Part shown: positions 16,178 through 23,096 of the stretch, piece after piece
Numbering within the stretch: the first letter of the stretch is position 1
Layout of the letters: each line of letters begins with the position of its first letter
Assembly: GCA_964410845.1 (NCBI GenBank)
Contig: CAYPJB010000003.1
Location: 1 to 34,568, forward strand
Direction of reading: 5' to 3'
Origin: an uncultured Bacteroidales bacterium
GTDB taxonomy: Bacteria > Planctomycetota > Planctomycetia > Gemmatales > HRBIN36
Length of the DNA: 34,568 nucleotides
The notes under the pieces: generated by a model
What the model was told of the DNA's origin: nothing
What the model saw: only the letters and a program-made list of their open reading frames with translations
The model's database searches: none
Position numbers and translations under genes: made by a program

Positions 16178-17656
16178 CTAGGCTTTCGCCAACAGATCAT
16201 ACCCCTCTGCTGCAGTTACTTTCACCGAAACCAGATCGCCCGGATTCAGTTTTTTCGCTTTCACTTTCACAATCGGATCGATGTCGGGAGCATCAGCATA
16301 CGACCGCCCCAGCCACCAGCCCGGCATCTCCGGATCAGGGCTGTCGATGAGGACTTCCAGCGTCTGCCCCACCTGTCTCTTGCTCCAGGCGAAAGCAATC
16401 TTCTGCTGCGTCTTCATCAACCGATCACGTCGTTCGTTCTTGATCTCTTCGGGAAGATGCCCGGGCAGCTTCGCAGCAGGTGTTCCAGGCTCAAGGGAGT
16501 AAGTGAAGACCCCTGCCCGCTCGAAGTGCATTTCTTTCGTGAAATCGATCAGTTCCTGGAACTGTTCTTCAGTCTCGCCCGGAAAGCCCACAATGAAGGT
16601 GGTTCGCATCACCAGGTTGGGGATGGCTTGGCGCAGCTTGTTGACCAGTTCTACCGTCGACTTCTTCGTCACTTTCCGGCTCATGCGCTTGAGCATCGTA
16701 TCGTTGATGTGCTGCAAGGGCATATCGATGTAAGGCACGATCTTCTTCGCAGTGCTGAGGACATTCAGCAGCGAATCGGTCAGGTACATCGGATAGACGT
16801 AGAGTACCCGAATCCAGTCGATGCCTTTGACCTTGTCGAGTTCGCGAAGCAAATCATCGAGGCGAGGTTTGCCGTAGAGATCCATGCCGTAGTAGGTGGA
16901 ATCCTGCGCGACGATGTTGAGTTCACGGACGCCATCCGCTGCCAGCTCTTTCGCTTCGGAGATGACCATTTCCATGGGCTTGGTAGCATGTTTGCCCCGC
17001 ATGCCGGGAATGGCACAGAAGGTACAAAGCCTGTCGCAGCCTTCGCTGATCTTGAGGTACGCGAAGTGCCGGGGGGTGATGCGAAGTCGGGCATCATCAG
17101 GGAGTGCCCGCACCGGTGCCGGCTTGAAGAGCGATCGCTGTTCATGCAGCAGATCAGGCTTCGGAGCAGCCATCTTCAGACTGAATTTTCTGACTGGTTT
17201 GGTGCCAGTACTTTTTTTGCTGCCTGCAGGCTTCTTTGCTTCTGGGGGGGAAGCTTTACCAAGTAGTACCTTATCGCATACTTCGGTGATCTGTTCCCTG
17301 CCAAAAACGCCCACCAGGTGATCAATCCCAGGCACTTCCTGCAGCAACGTGTCTTTCTTCCGCTCTGCCAGGCACCCCGCCACGACGACAGCCTTGAGCT
17401 TACCCTGCTCTTTGAGGTCGATCATTTCCTGAATAACGCCCAGCGATTCCTGCCGGGCGGCTTCGATGAAGCCACAGGTATTGACAACAACGACATCCGC
17501 ACCATCGGGGTTGGGAACGAGGGCGTACCCGTCGACGGTCAAATGGCCGAGCATGCGTTCAGAATCGACCAGATTCTTGGCGCAGCCGAGGGTGACGAAA
17601 GCAAGCGTGCCCTTTACGGGCTCAGGTTTTGGCATAGTCAGTGAATCGTTCAGCAA
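16178..17656 (-). CDS. rimO: ribosomal protein S12 methylthiotransferase RimO
   Basis: MTTase N-domain (FVTLGCAKNLVDSE), radical-SAM cluster motif (YLKISEGCDRLCTFCAIP) preceded by ITPRH as in RimO, and a C-terminal TRAM domain. The track start is TTG 17656; the ATG at 17635 is an equally plausible start. Confidence 0.9.
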   Translation of the reverse strand: MLNDSLTMPKPEPVKGTLAFVTLGCAKNLVDSERMLGHLTVDGYALVPNPDGADVVVVNTCGFIEAARQESLGVIQEMIDLKEQGKLKAVVVAGCLAERKKDTLLQEVPGIDHLVGVFGREQITEVCDKVLLGKASPPEAKKPAGSKKSTGTKPVRKFSLKMAAPKPDLLHEQRSLFKPAPVRALPDDARLRITPRHFAYLKISEGCDRLCTFCAIPGMRGKHATKPMEMVISEAKELAADGVRELNIVAQDSTYYGMDLYGKPRLDDLLRELDKVKGIDWIRVLYVYPMYLTDSLLNVLSTAKKIVPYIDMPLQHINDTMLKRMSRKVTKKSTVELVNKLRQAIPNLVMRTTFIVGFPGETEEQFQELIDFTKEMHFERAGVFTYSLEPGTPAAKLPGHLPEEIKNERRDRLMKTQQKIAFAWSKRQVGQTLEVLIDSPDPEMPGWWLGRSYADAPDIDPIVKVKAKKLNPGDLVSVKVTAAEGYDLLAKA

Positions 17657-17763
17657 AGTTGAGGAGTATGATATGAGTTGTTGAAGTCCCGGCTGAGTGT
17701 GAACTCTCGCTTTCGTGGGAAGTCATTCCAGCCAGGGTGCCGGGAGCATTTCATGAAAAGTCG

Positions 17764-17964
17764 TGCCGGTGCCCGGAACGTGCATGAGAGTTCTCGTGCC
17801 ATGGAAGCGACTGTATTCAGTCTCCTCCGTGCTGGGCAACGAACAATTCGGTTTCTTCATAAAACCTTGGGGGACTCGAAGTGACTGTACATCACAACTC
17901 GAAAAAGAAGGAGTACCTTCACTTCCGTGGCACGGCATTCTCAGTAACCTACAGAGCACCCGGC
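17764..17964 (+). repeat. copy A of a ~180-200 nt hairpin-forming repeat (left flank of low-GC cassette)
   Basis: Aligns with 19558-19737. Shared blocks are GGTGCCCGGAAC, CATGAGAGTT, CGTGCCA, GTCTCCTCCGTGCTGG, AAGGAGTACCTTCACTT, CGTGGCACG and CATTCTCAG. The outer arms 17783-17820 and 17908-17944 are complementary. Confidence 0.65.
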
Positions 17965-18042
17965 GAGAGCGCATCTTCCATGATGACTTCTCGCTCGCCC
18001 CCCCCTGCGTTACTGGAATGATCCGAGCTCTTGGCCAGTTCA

Positions 18043-18471
18043 TTAAGGACTACCATTATTATTGAGAAAGAAATAATCACCATAGCGCAAGGAAATCAGA
18101 CCTACTTCTCTCGTATTAAACACAATACAAATACACTCCTTTATGTCAATCTTCTTATTTTTATCAATAAATATATTGTATACCTCAGGTATTTTATGTA
18201 AGGTAGTCAGCTGAAGTCGCCAGATTCTGGCGGGAGTACCTTCGACAGTTTTGGGAAATTCAATTTTTCTAATGACTTTATATGCACCTAATAGTGACAT
18301 AGATTTCAAATCGAAGGCAACTAAAGTTTGCCTTCCAGGTGGCACGTAGACCAACATTTTTGCTTGATGATGCTGAAATACAATTGGCACACTATAATCG
18401 TCTGGATCATATTGACGATCACTGTGACAGTAGAGCAAAACAATAACCCAGAATATGCTCGAAGGCATCAT
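18043..18471 (-). CDS. hypothetical small protein with N-terminal hydrophobic segment
   Basis: 142-aa ORF. Its start overlaps the stop of the upstream ORF (ATGA at 18468-18471). N-terminal SSIFWVIVLLYC is signal- or anchor-like. Very AT-rich. I recognise no family. Confidence 0.5.
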   Translation of the reverse strand: MMPSSIFWVIVLLYCHSDRQYDPDDYSVPIVFQHHQAKMLVYVPPGRQTLVAFDLKSMSLLGAYKVIRKIEFPKTVEGTPARIWRLQLTTLHKIPEVYNIFIDKNKKIDIKECICIVFNTREVGLISLRYGDYFFLNNNGSP

Positions 18472-19364
18472 TTGACTACTTCTTTATTAGACCGGATAAG
18501 GCATCGTGACATCGCTGCAGTACGAACGATTCTCCACAATCCGAATCCTACAGATGCCATAATCAGGAATACTTTACTAGACAGTTCTGGAACCGCAGTG
18601 ACAGTGAGCTGCGATTCTATTGTCATTCCCAAACCAATATCACCATTTCCTTGCGCTCCAACTAAGTCAAGTGTAAATCCCCAAAGCACATTACTACTCG
18701 AGTATTGAAGGTTGTTTCCTGTTTGAGAAGTTCCACCTTTTGCTGCAAACACGTAACCATGCCAAAATATTTGATATGGCTTGGCAACAGTTCGTGCTGC
18801 ATCTTCAAATCGCATAGATCCATTTGGCGCAAAAGGATAGAAAGGAAGCTCTGTGCCATCTAAAAACCAATATGAGCCATCAACCGGATCTGTATAGGCC
18901 CTTGCACCAACTCCCTGCGCACTCTCTAGACTATTGGTATGGACGACTTGTAATAATCTAAATTCCTCTTGCGATGGAGATTGCCAGGGTTGATAGGAAA
19001 GGTGGATGTTTGCGCCGCCTGCTGACATCAATGCAATGGGCGTGTACTGCTCAAGTGTGAATTGTCCATCGGCGGTAAAGGAGCTGATGGTCCAGTTATG
19101 CGCGGCATCGATGTTGCTTTTACCTAGGACAGCAGACATGTTACCTGGAAAAGCAGTCATGCCATCCGACAGAATTAGGTTTGTCACAACAACCTTTCCA
19201 TCTGGTCGAACTGGGCCAATTGCGTTTCCAGAGCCACCTGGCGGAAATTCTCCAGTTGGTTTTTGTAACCATCCAGATTGCGGTGGAAGAACTTGAGCGA
19301 CAAGAGCAGTTGGCAAAAAAAACAAAAGGAAAACTGAATACAACAATGAGTAGTAAGGCATCAC
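18468..19364 (-). CDS. secreted protein with PEP-CTERM-like C-terminal sorting signal
   Basis: Signal peptide (LLYSVFLLFFLPTALVAQ). The C-terminus VPELSSKVFLIMASVGFGLWRIVR has a PE(P/L) motif, a TM helix and a basic cluster, as in PEP-CTERM/exosortase substrates. A strong SD (GGAGGAG) lies 5 nt upstream of the ATG. Confidence 0.6.
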   Translation of the reverse strand: MMPYYSLLYSVFLLFFLPTALVAQVLPPQSGWLQKPTGEFPPGGSGNAIGPVRPDGKVVVTNLILSDGMTAFPGNMSAVLGKSNIDAAHNWTISSFTADGQFTLEQYTPIALMSAGGANIHLSYQPWQSPSQEEFRLLQVVHTNSLESAQGVGARAYTDPVDGSYWFLDGTELPFYPFAPNGSMRFEDAARTVAKPYQIFWHGYVFAAKGGTSQTGNNLQYSSSNVLWGFTLDLVGAQGNGDIGLGMTIESQLTVTAVPELSSKVFLIMASVGFGLWRIVRTAAMSRCLIRSNKEVVK

Positions 19365-19557
19365 ATCTCCTCCATTGTGTCATTTCTAATAATACGATAT
19401 TGTCTTTCTTGACTTTGTCACTGCTTAGAATAGCTGTGTGCCCAAGGTGACAGTTTGGAAACAGTGAGGAGAATACCGCAAAACTGCAAATGCCAATGGC
19501 ACTCTAGCTTTCATTTTAACGGCTCATTTCTCCCCTTTCTCACGTTGCATTGATAAA

Positions 19558-19737
19558 TGCCCGGTGCCCGGAACAATCATGAGAGTTAGCGTGCCACGGA
19601 GGTGACAGTACTCGGTCTCCTCCGTGCTGGACAGTCGACCAATTCGATTTCTTCACGGCAGCATCCTAGCACGGAAGAGAAGGAGTACCTTCACTTGCGT
19701 GGCACGTCATTCTCAGGATCCTACAAAGTACTCGGCC
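19558..19737 (+). repeat. copy B of the hairpin-forming repeat (right flank of low-GC cassette)
   Basis: See copy A. In this copy 19578-19630 pairs with 19665-19717 over about 50 positions with few mismatches and bulges, around a ~35-nt loop. Confidence 0.65.
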
Positions 19738-19830
19738 AAAGTATGACACTCGTTGCACATCATCTAGGCAGGATTCCCGTCATAAGATAGTATTTGTCTA
19801 ACGGTTGCATCGGCCTCTGGGTATAGATGT

Positions 19831-21057
19831 ATGAGTGACACGGCTACGAACGCTACCCCCTCTCTCCAGGAACGCGTTCAATCACTGCGATTGAACAAGG
19901 ATATACGAGTACCTCCCCGGCGGGGTGGCAAACTCTTCTGGTTGATCATCCTGGGCGTCTTTGTCGGTGGAGGGGCCTGGTTGTGGCTCACCTATGGTGA
20001 ATCCCTCCGCAAGGCACTCAGTACGTCCACTTCGCCCATGGCTGTGGCGACATCGACCAAGCCCGTGGAATCCGAGAAGATCGCCAGCAACATTGCATTG
20101 GAAGCAGGTGGCTATATCGTGCCATTCCAGAAAGTACAAGTCAGCCCCAAAGTGGGTGGGCAGGTGAAGGAACTCTTCATCGAAGAAGGCACTTATGTAA
20201 AGGCAGGTGCCGTGCTGGCCAAGCTCGAAGTGGAAGAATACCTCTTTGAGTTCCGCCGGGCTACTGCCGTTGCTCAACTCGCCAAGGCCAAGCTTGACGA
20301 AGCCGAGAAGGGCAACCGGGATGAAGAAAAACTGCAAGCCAATGCTGCTGAACAGGAAGCATTCGAATCCCTGAAACTGGCCAAGGACGAACTCACCAAA
20401 CTGACAGCTTCCGGTAACGCCATCACGTTAGATGAATTGGATAAAGCCAAGAGCCGCGTCCGCATCAGTGAACAGAAGCTCGAACAACAGCGGGCAATCA
20501 ATGCCATGATGAAGAAGGGACAGCGGGATGAACGCAAATCCGCTGCCAAGGCTGAGTACGATCAGGCTTGTGCCGATCGGGATAAAGCGCAATGGCGGCT
20601 GGATAATTGCAGCGTTGTAGCTCCTATCAACGGTGTTATTCTCGAAAAGAAAACAGAACTGGGCAACACGGTTCGCCCTGAAGCCTTTTCCAACGGCCTC
20701 TCTGCTAACTTGTGCGATATGGCTGATCTCAAGAACCTCGAAGTCGAAGTGGACATCAGCGAACGTGATATCCGGCAAATCAAACGAGGTCAACTCTGCA
20801 ACATTAGCACCGAAGCCTTCAAGGACAAGAAGTACACTGGACAGGTTGCTCGTATCATGCCTGTCGCCAGTCGCAGCAAGGCCAGCGTCACGGTGCGGGT
20901 CAAAATCAATGTCCCTGACGATGAGAAAGATCTGCGTCCTGAAATGCGTGCCCGGGTACAGTTCTTGAAGAACCCCAGTGAAACACCTGCACCAGCAACG
21001 AATACCCCTGTAGCTGCAACGCCAACAACCAGCACTGACATCTCTGTCAAGAAATAG
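19831..21057 (+). CDS. HlyD/MacA-type periplasmic adaptor (membrane fusion protein)
   Basis: N-terminal TM anchor, a lipoyl/barrel segment (PKVGGQVKELFIEEGTYVKAGAVLAKL), a long coiled-coil hairpin, and VVAPINGVILEK after the coiled coil. Confidence 0.85.
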   Translation: MSDTATNATPSLQERVQSLRLNKDIRVPPRRGGKLFWLIILGVFVGGGAWLWLTYGESLRKALSTSTSPMAVATSTKPVESEKIASNIALEAGGYIVPFQKVQVSPKVGGQVKELFIEEGTYVKAGAVLAKLEVEEYLFEFRRATAVAQLAKAKLDEAEKGNRDEEKLQANAAEQEAFESLKLAKDELTKLTASGNAITLDELDKAKSRVRISEQKLEQQRAINAMMKKGQRDERKSAAKAEYDQACADRDKAQWRLDNCSVVAPINGVILEKKTELGNTVRPEAFSNGLSANLCDMADLKNLEVEVDISERDIRQIKRGQLCNISTEAFKDKKYTGQVARIMPVASRSKASVTVRVKINVPDDEKDLRPEMRARVQFLKNPSETPAPATNTPVAATPTTSTDISVKK

Positions 21058-21086
21058 CTCCACGGGTTCACAACAAGAGTAACTTC

Positions 21087-21809
21087 ATGTCCAAGCCTAT
21101 TGTGCAATGCAAGGAAGTGGTCAAGTTCTTCCAGCGAGGTGGAGAACGTATCGATGTGCTCCATCACCTCAACCTCACCGTGGCGGAGGGAGAGTTCGTT
21201 GCCCTCATGGGACCGTCCGGGTCTGGTAAAACCACGCTGCTCAACATGATCGCTGGCTTGGATACCCCCAGCGAAGGAGAAATCTGGGTGGGTGACGACC
21301 TTGTCTCTGCCCTGAATGAAGAAGAACTATCCCGTTGGCGAACACGCAGTATCGGATTCGTTTTCCAGTTTTACCACCTGTTGCCAGTGCTCACCGCATA
21401 CGAAAACGTCGAGATGCCTTTGCTGCTGTTGCCATTATCCGCCAAGGAACGGCACAAGCAGGTGTACACGGCCATGGAACTGGTCGGTCTGACCGACCGC
21501 ATGAACCACCGCCCTGGCCAGCTATCCGGTGGTCAGCAGCAACGCGTCGGTATTGCCCGTGCCCTGGTGACCGATCCAACTCTGATAGTAGCAGATGAAC
21601 CAACTGGTGATCTGGATTCCAAAAGCGCGGATGAAATTCTGACACTCATGCAGGAATTGCCCCGTTCGCTGGGCAAGACCATCATCATGGTGACTCACGA
21701 TCCCCATGCTGCCGAGCGTGCCCAGCGACTGGTGAAACTCGAAAAGGGCAAACTCGTCGAAGATTCCTACGTTACCAGCCGTAAAGGCGAACTGATTTCG
21801 GTGAGCTGA
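21087..21809 (+). CDS. ABC transporter ATP-binding protein (MacB/LolD/FtsE-like)
   Basis: Walker A GPSGSGKTT, signature LSGGQQQRVGIARAL, Walker B LIVADEPTGDLD, H-loop VTHD. Confidence 0.95.
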   Translation: MSKPIVQCKEVVKFFQRGGERIDVLHHLNLTVAEGEFVALMGPSGSGKTTLLNMIAGLDTPSEGEIWVGDDLVSALNEEELSRWRTRSIGFVFQFYHLLPVLTAYENVEMPLLLLPLSAKERHKQVYTAMELVGLTDRMNHRPGQLSGGQQQRVGIARALVTDPTLIVADEPTGDLDSKSADEILTLMQELPRSLGKTIIMVTHDPHAAERAQRLVKLEKGKLVEDSYVTSRKGELISVS

Positions 21810-21812
21810 TTC

Positions 21813-23051
21813 ATGAAACTGATCAAGTTAATCCTGAAAAACCTGCTCCGCAACAAGGTGCGTTCCATCCTGACGGCTGTCGCCATTTTCCTGCTGGTGG
21901 CCATCTTCACGCTCATCATGACCGTCATCCGCTTCCTCGATAAGCAGATGATGGATCAATCGAAGGACGTGCTGGCAGTCATCACCGAACGCTATCGCAT
22001 CCCCAGCCGGTTTGATCGGAAGTACATGGAAGACATCGGCACCACTGGCAGCACACTTAATTCCAACCTTTCGAACATCGAAGGCTTCGATGGTTCGAAG
22101 ACCAACCTCTGGCACTTTGTCGGTTTTACCCTTGATCCCACGATGCAGGACAAGGACAAGTTCTTCTTCGTCATCGCTTGCTGGCCTGACAAGATCAACA
22201 CCATGACCGATGGCCTGAAGGACTTCGACAACGATGGCAAGATCGCCAACCTGATTCGCAATCCCCCGGTATCCGGTGTGGACAACATCGGCATCGTGCT
22301 CGGCCCCGAACGCTTGAAGAAACTCGGCAAGAAGGTCGGCGATGTTTTCAAAGCCATGTCGGTGCTGCACAAAGGTGCTGATGGTAAAGCAGTAGAGTTT
22401 GAACTCGAAATTGTGGGAGAACTGCCTGGAGGCAGCCGCTGGGCACAGGGTGGTTTCATGGATTATGAATACCTGAACCGCGTGCTGAAGGCGGTCAATT
22501 GCGACCTCGATGGTAAAGTGAATCTCGGCTGGATCATGACCGACACGCAGGAGGCAGCCATCCAATCAGCAGGCACCATTGAATCGTACCTGCCAGACGT
22601 GAAGTGCGAAACGCTCTCCTCCGCGGTAAGCCGGTTCCTGGAGCCTTTCAAGGACATTCTTTGGGGCGTGAAGTGGCTGCTGGTGCCTGCCATCTTCATG
22701 GTGATGACGGTGATCGTTGCCAACGCCATCAGCATTACCGTGCGTGAACGTCGCATGGAGATCGCGGTACTGAAGGTGCTGGGGTTCGGTCCGAGTCAGA
22801 TCATGTTCCTCATCCTGGGGGAAGGTATTCTGCTCGGCACGCTTGCCGGCGGGCTGAGCGCAACAACCGTTTGGGCTCTGATGAACAACGTAAAACTCCA
22901 GGTACTCTTCTTCGGTGGATTCAATGTCCCCGATGAAGCACTGGTCTGGGGCTTCGGCGCCGGGGCGGTTACTGCATTTGTTGGAAGCATCTTCCCCGCA
23001 CTCTCGGCACGCAGCGTGAAAGTGGTGGATGTGTTTTCGAGGGTGGCTTAG
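21813..23051 (+). CDS. FtsX-like (MacB-type) ABC transporter permease, subunit 1
   Basis: N-terminal LKNLLRNKVRSILT motif plus TM1, a large periplasmic domain, and three C-terminal TM helices with the FtsX-domain pattern (ISITVRERRMEIAVLKVLGF). Confidence 0.85.
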   Translation: MKLIKLILKNLLRNKVRSILTAVAIFLLVAIFTLIMTVIRFLDKQMMDQSKDVLAVITERYRIPSRFDRKYMEDIGTTGSTLNSNLSNIEGFDGSKTNLWHFVGFTLDPTMQDKDKFFFVIACWPDKINTMTDGLKDFDNDGKIANLIRNPPVSGVDNIGIVLGPERLKKLGKKVGDVFKAMSVLHKGADGKAVEFELEIVGELPGGSRWAQGGFMDYEYLNRVLKAVNCDLDGKVNLGWIMTDTQEAAIQSAGTIESYLPDVKCETLSSAVSRFLEPFKDILWGVKWLLVPAIFMVMTVIVANAISITVRERRMEIAVLKVLGFGPSQIMFLILGEGILLGTLAGGLSATTVWALMNNVKLQVLFFGGFNVPDEALVWGFGAGAVTAFVGSIFPALSARSVKVVDVFSRVA

Positions 23052-23053
23052 TC

Positions 23054-23085
23054 AGTTGCTGGTTGTTGGTTGCTTGTTGTTAGTT
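23054..23085. repeat. left (GTTG-rich) arm of 32-bp inverted repeat enclosing the four-helix-bundle gene
   Basis: The reverse complement of AGTTGCTGGTTGTTGGTTGCTTGTTGTTAGTT matches 23487-23518 at 28 of 32 positions (hand alignment). Confidence 0.75.
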
Positions 23086-23096
23086 AGGAGAAGAAG

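Larger units (their letters stand above)
18040..19557. other. low-GC block (putative horizontally acquired two-gene cassette)
   Basis: Hand count gives 34 G+C in 120 nt at 18061-18180, against 34 G+C in 60 nt at 17401-17460. The composition shift starts at about 18040 and ends at about 19557, directly abutting repeat copy B. Confidence 0.6.

Noticed and set aside
17763-18065. ORFs called across the flanking repeat copies (17678-17884+, 17763-18065+, 17723-18043-, 19602-19790+).
   Set aside because: The two repeat copies differ by indels that are not multiples of three, so no reading frame is conserved between them. The conservation pattern follows base pairing rather than codons.
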